DNA of 64,000 bases from Takakia lepidozioides (lineage: Eukaryota > Plantae > Bryophyta), in contig CM060731.1 in the NCBI GenBank assembly GCA_030704615.1, forward strand, positions 12,338,001 through 12,402,000, in the 5' to 3' direction. Below are positions 47,467 through 61,100 of this stretch, piece after piece; positions within the stretch are counted from its first letter, which is position 1, and every line of letters starts with the position of its first letter. Both the position numbers and the translations under genes were made by a program. The notes beneath the pieces were generated by a model. The model saw only the letters and a program-made list of their open reading frames with translations, had not been told where the DNA came from and did no database searches.

Positions 47467-49620
47467 GGGGAACTAAAGGTAGATAAGAGCAGATTGAATC
47501 GGCAGATTGTCGATGGAACGGCCGAATGTATGGCCAGACCGAAAGGAACAAAATCGTTTCCTGATGCGGAGCTCGAGCATGCCATGGCTGTTGAAAATGT
47601 GGTGAATTCTGTTCCAGCTTCTTCTGTTGATGCATATCATGCATGGATTATGCAAAATAGGGTGGCTTTGGGTGAGATTGCAGATGCTATTGAAGTGTCT
47701 GCTGTTGTACCTTCTTCGGCTACTTCTGCTACAGAGGTTCCATCTTCTGCTGCTCCTGCTGTTTCTGTCCCTGATCCTTCGGCAAGTTCCAAATGAGAGA
47801 GACAAGCGGCGATTGAGCCTGCCTTTACCTGTCCCTATTGCAAAGAAAATCAACATTGGAAACCGGGGAAACCGAAGCTCAAGGTTCATCTTGCGAAAGC
47901 AAACTCCAGGCTCAATCCTTCTGCTACCACATGGCCTTATTCTTCAGTTCCCATTTCCGAAAGTCAATGAGAAGGGGTTTTGGCCGGCATTCCAAGAATT
48001 TGTTGCGCGAGGCGAGGGCGCAGTCCATGCGACAGCTGCAAAATCAAGTTGGGTTCTATCGACGAACAATCAAGTTGGGTTCCCTACCATTTCCCTGTTT
48101 TTCAAATTATGGGTTGTTGTCTATCCGTGTAACCCTCTGTGTTACCCCCCCCCCCCCCCCGTCTCTTCTGTGGCGTGTAATCCAGAGTGTAACCCACCTA
48201 CAGTGTACCCTTTTTAAAATCCCTCTGGTAACCCACCTCTGTCTAACCCTTGTTTCGATCTGTGTGCCGTATAACCCACCTGCCTTGTACACCCTTATGT
48301 AAATCCGTCTGCCGTGTAACCCACCTTCCTTGTAACATTTTTCTTGTGTAACCCCTCGCGCTGTATTGCGCAAGGAGCCCGACATCATCTTAGAAGCGAT
48401 GATATTGACAGTGTTGTCGTTGCCCACAAGGCGTTTACAGCCCAGCCGGGGGATGGTCCGTTAAAGGTAGAGGAATTGAATCGGGTGAAGGAGTATTTGG
48501 AGAGCATTGGGCAGCCTGACATGCCACAGCAGAAAAATAAAAAAAATAAAAAAAATGGTGGGAGACTTACACGAGTCCATCGGGAGAGCCAAGCCTCACA
48601 TGATGATGACACGATGGACGAACCAGCTGTTGGCAATACCGAGCTTGACGATGCCAGAACTTCAAATCCTCTTGTCATCACTATTACTGTAGATGGAATC
48701 GACGGTTTGGTTGTTCCAGAGCCATTAGAATTCACTCGCAGTTTTGCGAAAGGATTGATAGGGCAAATAGAGAATATCACCAAACCGCAAATTTTTTGAG
48801 AATTCTGGCCCACAACGATTTAAGGAAGAGGGGCCGATCAGTTTCCCAAATGCATCCCAGGTTGGGGTTGACAACTGACCTTCTGGAAAGTGCTCTTACG
48901 CCCTCAAAGGTGAAGGACCTAGTCGATGAGTATTACGGCTTTAGTCTGATGTGCTTTGCACATTCTGTTGATGGAATTGCGAGCTTGATGAGCTCGAGGA
49001 CTTAAGGTCGAGTTTGAATACAGAAGAGTGGGGTGACAAGTTTTTTAAGATCAACGGAGCTATACAGTTTTTGCAAGGCAAGCCGTCGTCGCGCAGTCCA
49101 TCACTTTGCGATCCATCAGAAGGAATCATTTATCCAGCTTTGGTGGTGTGGCCTCTTCAGCGAATCACCAATAGAAATAGACTTCAATGCACGTTTGGGC
49201 ATTGTGTATATGAGAGACCTTGGGTCTATCGTGCCTTGGTATCTCTGTAAGTGTTACTCCGTCCACTGTTACCCCTCTCGTCGTATAACCCTCGCTGTGT
49301 GTAACCCTGTAATCAGTGTAACCCTGTAACCCTCATGGATTGTCCTCGATGTGTTACCTCTCGTTGTATTACCCTCCTTGTGTAACTCTCTCTTCTGTAA
49401 CCATTACAGGGTTACAGAGTTACATGGTTACAAGATTACATATGGTGGGGTACATGGGATTACATAATGGGAGGGTTACATGATAGTGAGGGTTACATAG
49501 AACTGGAGTTACACGGGGGGGTTGCATGATGCAGGAGTGAGGGTCATATGGGGGTGAGGGTTACACGGGGATGAGGGTTACATATGGTGGGGGTTACACC
49601 AGATGATGGGTTACACTATA
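47467..49620 (+). mobile_element. TGTAACCC-rich element, right part, with unknown coding exons (47494-48100, 48344-49250)
   Basis: tgtaaccc motifs at 48128-48355 and 49245-49405, inverted ggttaca at 49410-49617; peptide MARPKGTKSFPDAELEH resembles the one at 17246-17494. Confidence 0.5.
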
Positions 49621-49628
49621 CCACTGAC

Positions 49629-49870
49629 CACTTGAGCCACTTGAGCACTTGAGCTCACGTGTTTTTTTTTTTTTTTTTTTTTTGGGTATTTAATTTTTGT
49701 GCGGCTGAAGTGCGCACTTGAGGCGCTGAAGTGATCACTTCAGCCGCTCAAGTGCACCACTTCAGCCCCTCAAGTGTTTTTTTTTTTTGTTTTTTGTTTT
49801 GGTATTTTTAAAAAAAAGCTGAAGTGCACACTTCAGCCACTCAAGTGCACCACTTCAGCCGCTCAAGTGT
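49629..49870. repeat. CACTT(C/G)AGC / GCT(G/C)AAGTG inverted-motif cluster, probably the subterminal region of another DNA transposon
   Basis: More than 12 copies in both orientations, e.g. gctgaagtgatcacttcagc. Confidence 0.7.
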
Positions 49871-50639
49871 TTATTTTATTTTATTTTATTATTTATTATT
49901 TGTTAATTTAATTTTTAAGATAACAGGGGGATTGTAGCCCTGACAAATTTATTGAAAAAGAGGTAAGGAAAAAATAACCTTACAGAGAGCCATAAGGCAG
50001 ATTACAAAGGTACCATTCAGAACCAACATTACAGAAATCAAGGAAGATGAATCTAGACTAAAGAGGAATTAATTCCTTACATAGTCGAAAACAGGGAGAA
50101 GTGAGGAGAAAGGATAGAGCTGAAGTGTCCACCCTACAGAGATGAACCTGTCCAACAAGAAGAAGGAGAGCAGGACCTAGTCTGCCAGAACACATCCTAC
50201 ATACTGCCTCGTTTCCTCTTAGGACCCTCATAAGTAAGCTGTGTCTTTGCTTTTGCTTTCCTAGAGCCACTACGTTTGTGTCTCCAATTTATTTCCGTGT
50301 CTTCATTCTCCAGCGGAGTCTGTTTCGTACTAGTTGAGCTTCCAACAGGCAGGGGGGGGATCTTCCCACACAATTCTTGCGTCTTCAATTCTCCTGCAGA
50401 AAACAAAGTCCTTCCCCCAAGATTCGTCGAACTTGGCAAAGAGTTGGGGTCTTCGATTGCTGTTAGCAGCGAGGTTAGCCGAGAGGCGCGAAGGGGGGCG
50501 GCGCTCCGCCCACCCATCGTGAGGACTTCTCTGGCTAAAATGTATGAATCTAACCATAACAACACTTATACCTGGACAAGGTCGTATTGGAGTATGTCAT
50601 CAACACCCATGGAGTTCTATAAGCATGTAAAACAGCCTA

Positions 50640-51525
50640 AACCCTATCTACATATGATGCATGTACATGTCCGACAAGCACAAGCACAGGAACAAAGAGG
50701 CAGTGCGGGAATATGGTGCAGACATGACAGAGTGTTAGCTCTTGGAGCTCTTCGCGGTCCAGGCTTCGCGTTAATATGCACATTTATGTAAAATTGGGTG
50801 GAACACCCGTCTCTACTCTCCTCTCCAAGTACAAAGTCAGGCACTCTCTCCCAGGGAATACAGGCCGTGCGGACCCGCACTTGAGAGCCCATGTATCCAG
50901 ACAGACTCTCGTTCTTCCAGTAAAGGTCTTTGCAGGAAAATGGCCCATCCTTTGGTGTTTGAAGATATTGTCGTAGTGGACGTATAAGAAAACTTTCTGG
51001 TTGGGCATCGACGGCCGTTGCCATATACACTGCAGTACCCCTTCGCGCACTCGAAAGCACCTGCAATACGACCTGCAAAAGTGGAAGCGAAGGACGACAA
51101 CACGCACGTTATTGGGAGGAGGGAAGCGCGTTGGCAGGAACAGACCAGAGGGAGGAAAAGATCGATGAAACAGTCTTCACCCACGATTGGCGGCCGCTAC
51201 CATGCCCTAAATCCGGGCGGCTATGATAGCAGCGCGGCATCACAGTGAGATGGGCGCCACGTCATCTGGGGTGTATTTGGATCTGCCGGATCGGGCTGCT
51301 TGGCGGCAGACCCACCAGACCCACCAGCGGGCAGACCGAGCTTGGGCAGACCCACTGGGGACCCGATGGCGGGCGGCTGCAGGGCCGCCGACCGCGCAGC
51401 GCGACTGGCAGGTGGGGGGTGGGCGGGGTGGGGGGGGGAAGGGCGACCCCGCGTCCGTGTGGCCGTGCGCGCCGTGTCCCACACGCGCGACATAAACTCC
51501 CAATTATTCAAAAATGAGAGGCATT
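50640..51525 (-). mobile_element. Truncated left end of the same MULE family: terminal repeat + first transposase exon
   Basis: Terminus matches 10547-10910; ORF 50644-51078 (TACIPWERVPDFVLGEESRDGCSTQF) resembles the N-terminus of plant SWIM/MULE proteins. Confidence 0.7.
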
Positions 51526-52758
51526 TATAAATGATTGCCATGTGCATTTGGGCTCAGGGATATCAATAAGCGTCTCATTTTTGAATAATTGGGAGTTTAT
51601 GTCGCGCGTGTGGGACACGGCGCGCGACATTGAAATTGTTCTAGTGATTATTAGCCTCAACTAATGATAAAACTAATTCTAGTGACGACCATTACGGCGG
51701 AGCTGGTTTAGCGTTCCATGAGCATAAGGTCCGTTAGTAGTCATCATTATTTTCGCTGCCGACATGACAATTCCAGAAAACAAGACTATTTTATTTTATT
51801 TTATTAAACATGCGACAATTTAAGGGAAAAACTTTAAAAACATCTGCACTTTTTAAAATAAAAAATTTAGAAGAAAGGGGACGGAGGCCCTTTGCTGCTA
51901 GTTTGACTCTGTGGTTTCTACGGCCCTGAAGTGGCCTCGCTTTGTGAACCTTATGGCCTCGAGGTTATTTTTTCCTCGTTTTAATGTGCAATTTTCTCTT
52001 TCAACTACTCTCCAATGTAACTCATCCCCCTTATATTTAAAAAATAAAAAAATAATGTAAGCTATGAGAAAGGAGAGGGGCTGGGGAGACAAAGGGAGCT
52101 AAGCATAAGTGACTTCTCATACTTCATATTCATATATAGTTTGACGACTAGTAGTGCGAAGCAACGCGGAGCTCTTGTCGTAGTTTTTTTTTTTTTTCAA
52201 AAATACAGAACAGGGGACAGAGGCCCTGGAATTTATAATGGATGAAGATACAGGAGGAAAAAATAACCTGGGGGGGGGGGGGGGGGGGGTGTTGAAGGCG
52301 CGGTAGTTTTAAAGTTAGTAATTCATCAGATTCAAGGTTACTTATTGATATTTGAGATATGTTGGCCCGGTCCGTGGTAAAAGCTATTTTGTTTTGACTA
52401 AGCGTTGGTTATCGAGTTAAGGGAAAAAATTCTTATTTACGCTGGCTTCTTGTGTCATCTCTCTCTTGTTAACTTGCAGTAAGTCATACATCATTTGCTC
52501 TCAAAGGACGATCCTATCAGTTCTTCATCTAGGTCAGATCCAGCTTGTGATTGGTTGGTTCTCCATCCGGACATACACATGCCTACATTGATACCATTAC
52601 TGCCAGTATCCAGTACCTGGCCAACAGTGGTTTTTATCTGTCTGCAGCGTTTTGGGGTTTACTTTGGTGAAGATAACGTAAAGGTTATGTAGACATGAAA
52701 TTTGGGGTTGAGCTCTGCTTCCCAAAGGCATAAGATCATATGGGGCCTTATATGGGGT

Positions 52759-53651
52759 CAGTGTTGTGCGGGTCCGGGTACCCGGCGGGTTAGGATCCGG
52801 GTTACCTGGACCCGCACCTGGACACCAAAAACCCCGACCCCTGACCCAGGTTCATTTCTAAAATGAACCCGGGACCCGCCTGCTGGGTCGAGAACCTGTT
52901 AAACCCGCTATCCGCGGGCCAATGTAGCGGGTCAGGGTCGGGGTCTTAATTTTAGATGGGGCATGTGGGGTCCACCTTAGATCTGGTAGGATAGGCCACT
53001 GCAGCAGCCAGACCCACCACGTTGTAGCCCAGTGGTAATGGCCACATACCACCTCAAAAGCGGTTGTGGGTTCAATCCACGGCGTGGTGTCACAAAGTTG
53101 TGCCCTATGGGACCATAATTTACACCTCCCAAAGGAGGCGTCTTATATTATTATTAGGCCAGATCCCGCGCATCCATGCTATAGTGATCTATCCTTGAGG
53201 CATATTACTATTCTTAACATGTTTAAATAATTGATATTGAAAAATAGAAAATGGAACTCAAACTTCTATTTTAATTCTTGTGTTAAATGAGCAATACATT
53301 TTTCCCTATATGAAAAAAAAAAAAAACATATTCATGGTATATTTTGAAGGAATGTCTCTTAAAATAAAATTCATTATTAGGATTTAAAGTTTTTTCCAGC
53401 CAAAAATAATTTTATCCCTAATTAATCTTGTTTCACTAATTTATTTAATCAATTAATTAGGACCCGGATCCGAACCCGTGAACCCGCTAATATTTCCCAA
53501 CAACTACCCGGACCCTGACCCGAGTCTGTGTTGACCAACCCGGACCCGGATTTTCCAAATTTCAAAAACCCGGATCCGGACCCGGACTTGGCTCTAAGCA
53601 AAAACCCGAACCCGGCGGGTTCCTTAAAAAGGCAGAACCCGCACAACAGTG
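52759..53651. mobile_element. Non-autonomous hAT-like/MITE element (~890 bp)
   Basis: 15-bp TIR cagtgttgtgcgggt / acccgcacaacagtg (1 mismatch); ACCCG subterminal repeats at both ends; AT-rich core; no 8-bp TSD visible. Confidence 0.7.
53015..53089 (+). other. tRNA-derived sequence (pseudo-tRNA or SINE head)
   Basis: A box TAGCCCAGTGGTAA, B box GGTTCAATCC, closing stem caccacgttg/cggcgtggtg; anticodon arm poorly formed. Confidence 0.5.
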
Positions 53652-55123
53652 GTCTTTTCTATTCATTTCAGCATGGTTCAGGTTCCAAATTTACCATTTT
53701 TAAGGGGCCTGCTTGCAGAGCCCACCAAAGTAAGGTGGAGCTGGAAGAAACCCTCTGGTGGAAGGGGGCCCACCGGCCCATCCCTAGCGCCTCATCCTAC
53801 TTCTTTGGAATTCTCTGGAAAGCTCTACAACTAGAGCTTAAGGGGGCCACCGTCTCACATATCCTACTTCCATGCTAGCCTCTACACCTGGCCTCACATA
53901 TCACCCATTCCAACACCCTCGCCCTTCCTCCCCATTGGCTGCTCCAATCCTCCCCTTTTTTTTTACCTTCAGGAATAGCCCCTGCCAGAATTTGGGACCC
54001 TTATTATTTATTATTATTTCTCCCCCTCAAAAATGAATCCATAAACATTACTGAGAGAAAAACATGCGACTAGGCACCCATGGCTCTTCTTCAGAAGCAG
54101 TGGAATCTACTTTCATCCATAATAAACTTGAAAATTTATCCATTTATTTTTCATAAGTTGCTCAATAACATTCCCGCTACTAAGGTGGTATTACCTGGAG
54201 AAGGCACATCATTAAAGTAGTTTTCAGCAAATGAGAGGAGGTGACACTTGGGAAGGCACAACAGGGGCTTGGTGAATATTGACACTGATGCATGGTCTCC
54301 GAGGAGCCAATCCTGGCAAGTCTTTTAGCACACATCAAAAAACAGGTGGACAGTCAGAATTTCAGAAACCCTGGAACATGTGTCAGTGGGTTGTGGATGG
54401 AGATATGGATTTTTTAGGGAGGTGTTGATGGAGGGCTCATATTACAACACACAAGTCAGGCACCAAAGGCCTAGATAACTAGGTGAGCACATGAATTGGG
54501 CAGGGTTGCTACAGTAAAAACTCCCACCTCATGTTCCTACCACATAGGGAACATCCACTGGAATGCTCCAGCTTCACTGACTTGTTTTGTCTTGGTCTGA
54601 AGAGTGAGATATTTTGGTCTGTCCCTCAAGCTGACATCCAGTTGTACACCTGACTAAGTGCATGAGCTCAACACACCATGTTGCTCCACAATGCTATGTG
54701 AAGGCAAGATAATTTCAAGATATTTTCGTAAAAGTTACAGAATGGAGCAAGTGCTCAAGTACCATTGAACTGACCTGTGAAAATGCTCTTACTCATCATT
54801 ATCCTACTTTCGGCACTATGATGGATAGATGGTTGAAGGTTTCGGCACTATCAAAAAATTCTTGCACTCTTCTGCCTATTGGAAGCATAGCAAGAGGAGG
54901 CAGCATAAGCTGGGTGGCCCTAAGCAGTAGTCACCACCTAGAAAGCTACAAAGGGCCATTTTAGAAAGGAAACACATGGTCAGGTATAGCTCCCCAAGCC
55001 CTTGAAACAACTCTTACTTCCTTCCAATGCATAACTCATGAGCATGTAGGCTCATTAATTGTGTTTGAGAACCCTGGAGCCTACAAGTCAATAGGGGAGG
55101 GCTGAGAGGTATTCTAAAGATAA

Positions 55124-58100
55124 TTAAGCGCGCACAGTGCGCACTTGAATGTGATGGGTGGACTCGGAGCGCCAGATGGGCTGCCTTCCACTTTGCACCA
55201 GTGCAACCTCTTCACCCTCCTTTACCATGCCCCTCTTCTGCACAACAAGAACAAAATAATCAGCAATGGGTTATTGTGGTTGGGTGTAGAGAAAGCAACA
55301 TTTGTATTCCACCTGCTGATGATGGTAAGGGTTTGATCTCTATATCACCTCCATCATGCAAATATCGTCACTTTCTAGAAGGATAGTTGCATTCATGCTG
55401 ACATGTATCACTGGCAAGGTCCAAAAACGATTCACCCTAATTTCTAATTGAACTCCCCGGAACTCATGAAGTAGGTGAGGACACAACAATGGGAGCTGGT
55501 CTGTACTCAAGAAGATTTGTAGATTTTGCACAACAAAACAAAAGTGACATGTGAAGCTTCATGAGCTCCCCTTGAATGCATCCATACAAGAGTGTGATGC
55601 TTTAGTTGTAGGTACTATATGTGGCTTACAGGCAGGAGTCCAAATAGAGGGCCCAGGGAGTATCAACAGCAGAGTTTACCTGCAAGATAGTAAGAGCCTT
55701 GGTGAAGGTTTCCTCAGCATCATCAGAAAAGGGTATGTACAAAGCGCGCACACCGTGGTAGAGTGCCAGCCTTGACTGAACCCGCTTACTGCATCCACCC
55801 ATCACCACCTTTGTCATTACCTACCTGATGTGGCTGCTGCCACAAACTCAAGCAATGGAGAGAAATAACAATCACCCCACTTGCTAAGATAACTCAAAAA
55901 CAAAATGTTGAAGCAACAGAGATTTGCTTACACCCTTGTGAGTCACTATCAGCCGAAATTTGCAAATGAAGGAGACACTTACTCATTGGTGAAAGCAAAC
56001 ACTGTGCCAGTAGGACGGTAATGGCTTAGAAGCATGGCCATGAAGCCACTGCGAGTGAACACCAGGATAGAGGTACCCAATGTGTTGGACATGATAGTTG
56101 CATGAAATGCAAACATCTCACTCATATGATTCTGTCACACCCACCACTTCTGTTAGCATTACCTCATCCTCAAGTCCTTTAACACGAACATGTCCATCTC
56201 TTCCTCTCTTTCCTCTAAACATTAGAGAATTCTTTCTTTCTTTGCGGGAAATTGAATCTGAAGAACACTTCTTCTTCTATTGCCCTCTATACTACGAGAT
56301 CCGTGGGAGATTCCACTGTTTATTCCTTGGAACCCAATCTCTAACTGAAGTCTTCCACTATGAGGATCAGAAATGCTTGGCAGCTTACCTGCACGAGGCC
56401 TTCACCCTTAGACAATCACTCAAACAATAGTTCTTATTCTTGGCTTTGGTTCTGTTTCCTCTCTCATGTTTTCTTCACTTTGTCCCATAAGCTCTATGAG
56501 CTTTCCGCGGACGCTATAAAGCACCATTTGATTTCATCTCATTTCTTTCCGTGCATGTTGGCACTTCTGTCTATCTCCTCCCCTAGAGCAGCTTTAGCGT
56601 GATGGTATAATGCCTATTAACGCATAACCAACATAGACAAGGAATAATCATAAGTTCATCTCCCTCCGTTCACTACCCTTCACTACTATCCCCCATCATT
56701 AAACGGCATCTGGGATATCACATGAAATATGCATGGACCCGACCCCTGGTATCTGTACGTCTGTATGTCATGCAACATAGACCCCAGCAGCAAATAGGAG
56801 TCACAAAAAAAATAAAATTATCCAACAGCCAAATAGTAAAGATGTATTCAACAGCAATGTGCACTGTTAATGCGCGGGAGTAATGCTTATTGATATTATT
56901 CCAAAGACAAGGTATAAACCTTGAAAGCACGACCCAAATTGGCAGGGGGCTGTTCCTCTGGCATGGTAGCTTCTGTGCGCAAGGCAACAGTGTGCATCAC
57001 TCGTACAGCCTTCAATGGATACCTGCCCACACAGAAATCCACCACTTCCACCAGATGAGACAAGTCTCATACAGTGGTGACAGCCCTCAGAATTTTGGGT
57101 GCAACTAATTAGCAATTAACTTGCAGTAACACGGTAATGTCCTGTATACCAAAAGGCTTAAGAGTTAATCAACCATAACGGGCGAAATATTACGGTGCCT
57201 TTGCACTATAATATTTATGGGCTGAAGTGGGCCCTGAATGATCAGCAAGAAAGCTTCACCACCAACCCCCCATGCTTAGAAAGGAAAATCCTTCCAGGGT
57301 TTTTGTGCAGATAGCTGTAACGGATACTTACTTTCCATGAGCAGTCTCACCAGAAAGCATAACTGCATCAGCACCTTCACGAACAGCGATCGCAATGTCT
57401 GAGACCTCTGCTCGTGTTGGCGTGGGATGATTAATCATGCTCTCTAGCATGTTTGTTGCCACAATCACTGGCTTCCCCATACCTCGGCATGATCTGATGA
57501 TCTCTCCCTGCATCCGATGAAATGCACACATCCCCATCATTAAACAACAATGCTGCCATTTTGGCATGTGCACACCACCAATAGGTGCTGAGACAAAACA
57601 ACACGCATTTGCTGTCCCTATATGAGGTACTACTCATGCAGCACCTCCTTATTTCATCAACCCCTCTCCAATTTCCATGAAGGGTTTGCTTCTAGCAGCA
57701 AATTGAAGAAATTATTTATACATCTTACTACCATAGTCTCACAACCTCCCAAGTTTGCTGCCAATCATTCCAACCAGTGTGCCGCTTACCTGAAGAAGTG
57801 GTACTTCCTCAATAGGTAATTCTGCCCCAAGATCTCCACGAGCAACCATAGCCTGCCCAATATAATACACAACCTCCATAAGTTGGACTGGCACTATCAA
57901 TGAATAGGTTTAATGCTGTGGCAGGGTGCATTGTACATGCTGGAGGGACTTGAAGGTCTCAAAACTCATAAGTACAGAGCAGAGTTGGAGGGTAGACAGA
58001 CCCAAAAGGGTACCAGAAAACAACGCTGCATGCGGCTTCCCTTCTAGAAGCATTTTAGATACACTTGAAAGTTTTACACATGCACGAGGATGTGTACTGT

Positions 58101-61100
58101 ATTGCAGCACGACACACAACCTTATTACAGTAAAACTGTGGCAGATGGACTGTACCCCATCAGCAGCGTCCAAAATGGACTGTAAATTAGGGATGGAGTC
58201 AGCACTCTCAATCTTCACAATCACATTGATGTCAGCTCCACTCTCTGCAATCCTCCCAGCACTTCTATCCACTTCAGATCAAAGAGCACAGTGCAAATTT
58301 CTGTCAGCAAAACAGGAGAAGCCAGGGAGTATCAAGCTTAAGAAAAAGCCATCGGAGAACAGATTAATAGTCTTACCCCAGGCTCTAGCAAAGACATAAG
58401 TTTGTTTGTGAGCATCCAAAACTGCTGGGCATCAACCTCGGCCAAGGTCAACTTGTAGAAAAGCACCAATTTGACAACAGCAATATAGTTCAGAGGCAAC
58501 GTGACTGAAATGAGGGTGTATATAGCTCTCCCATTACAAAGGCTAGAATCCTCACCCACAAATGCGTGGTGAAGTTTTTGACGCACACTACATTGGTTCT
58601 TTGATAGACAGAAGTGACAATATGGAATGTAGGGCACCTTTCAAAAAGTCTTTGAGCTCATGCACCACCAATGCATCTTTCACAAATGAGAGTGCATAGT
58701 AATCCACCTTGTTGTCCACCCCAAACTTGATGTCTTCCCAATCCTTCTCTGCCACCCCATCCATGCAGTGTCAACCAATTACAATCAGAATTATCTTTTC
58801 CTGTTGCTTTCCGCAAAGAATGACAGACAGACACATGAGGCCTTCTCACGGCTTCAAATGATGGCTCATCCTGAAGCTTTGATTCACTAGATTGTTTGAC
58901 CGAGGAAGAAGACCATGAAGAAATAGAATGTACTCGTAAGACGTTGTTTGCAGTAGCCTTGTGGCCACTGACCCCGTGCCAAGTTTAAGCGGAACCATGA
59001 AGAAGTAGAATGTACTCATAAGACGACGTTTGCCGTAGCCTTTTGGCCATTGATCCCGCGCCCAGTTTGAGCGGAACACAAAGGGACAGAACCTACCTTT
59101 GTCAGGGGCTGACGCCGGGAGTAAGACTACCTTCGAATAGACAATTGATCCAGGTTTTCCAGATATCCACTAGAAATCCCTTTACACAAGCATCAACCTG
59201 CTGTGTGTGGTTTGCCCAATAACTAGGCCCCAACTGGGCCTGGGTTTTTGGCTCCGCCTCGAGACATTCAGAGTTGGTAAACAGAGGTACAGGCACAATG
59301 CCCTTGATAGATTTGAAGCGAGCGTCTCTCTGGTGAGAGAACCCCGGACAATGAATCAGAAAATGAATATTGTCTTCAGGTTGCCCACACAACGGGCCAT
59401 TGCACTCTCCCTTTCCTCTCTGCTTCTGTTTGCTGTTCAAAGGTAGCATGAGGAAATAGAGAATATTGAGAAGGAATGACTAGCAGTTGAAAAAAGGACT
59501 GACAATGCCGTGGTGTTGATCATGCATCAGAGTGAAGTTCCTCATACTGCCTCCAAAAGTTCATTAGGTTCTGGCTTCTGGCAGATGACCCTGTTTTGAC
59601 ATTAGACACTGTCGAAGCATGGATCCATCAAAACTAGTAACCAGTCAGATTGATATTATTGGGATGGCTGATAGTTGTGGTTCCTGCAGCTCATCATTAG
59701 AGACTTTTTCTTATAGTGATTATAACGATCACATTTTTCTCCAGAATCCATTTTCCTTGGGAAGTCCAATCAATAGAGCAGCATGAAATTGCAAATAAAA
59801 GAATTCTAATTATTAAAGGACAACAAACTTGTTTCGTTCAGTTGCTAGGTTAGAGATCAGCTGCAAGAATCAGAAGCTCTTAGAACTGACCATCTTAATC
59901 CAGGAACACGATTGCTGACACAAAATTGTGTTGGGATGTTCAAAGAAAATGCCTTGCAGGCTGCATGTGTTAAAATAGAATCAACTCACTATGATTGGTG
60001 CGGTTAATAGATTATTCCATCTCACATAGATGATTCATATGGATTGCTTAACGGTGACTGTCCTGCCAATCAATGAGCCACAATCCCTATATTTGCTTCA
60101 CGGCCTCAAATTACGAGCATAATACAACAGCAAACCAACAAAGTAAATAGCATCTCACCTGTGATGGAAGGTAAGGTGGCACTCTTGCCGCGCACATTGA
60201 GATGACGACGCGATTTAAGTTCACCGCCATCCACCACTTCGCACAAAACTGACTCACTTGTCTTTGACTTTACCAGAAATGACATCATGCCTCCTGTTAG
60301 CCCCAACACCCTTGTCTAATTTCAGACCCATACAAGCACATCACACTCTGCACCACTGCCTAGAATGCAAATGAATGTGTCTGGCAGATAACGGGCCCCG
60401 GGCCAACTATGAGCATCTTGAGGTGCCTCTGGATTTTGGCCACTGACACAAGTTTATGGAACAAACAGAATGCATCCCAGAAACAGAAAGAAATGAAATC
60501 GCTAAGGAGATGATAGTTTCGTACGTTACAATCTTGATCACTCCACATAGATTTGGCAAATTTGATCGTCAAAGTGCTTAGTCTTACCACATCCATCTCA
60601 TGTGAAAGATATGTATTTCTACATATTACTGAGAGAAAAACGGAAGACATAGAGGGACAGCTACCATCAATGAGCAAGGTATCGCCTGCCTCCACATCAT
60701 TCACAAAGTCATCATAGTTCACACTGACACAGGTGTCGGTGCCTACTCCACGTTCTATTGTGAAGGTATACTCGTCCCCCTTCTTCAACATAATAGGCTG
60801 TGGCAAGTCACCGCTCCTAACTTCCGGGCCCTATAGATCACATCCACTTGTCTTAATATTTGCTTGCCCCCTCTCTGTGTATTTACAAGTATACCGCACC
60901 TAGGAATTGAAAGTCCTGCAGGAAACCTTGGACACCTCAAACCCTCCACAGATGATATCAAGTGACCATCACCTAGAACACCTACAATCAACAATGAACT
61001 TGTTCTTGACGATCTTCTGTGGGCCTCCATGAGGACCAGAATAAGATGCAGGTAGAAGCCAGGCAAAGAGGCCCTTATTCTTGGCATAAGGATTCTAAAT

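Noticed and set aside
53449-53878. NPDPD-repeat protein
   Set aside because: It is a translation of the ACCCGG subterminal repeats of the MITE.
58913-59077. Tandem hammerhead ribozymes
   Set aside because: No intact CUGANGA...GAAA core was seen on either strand; treated as a LINE 3' duplication.
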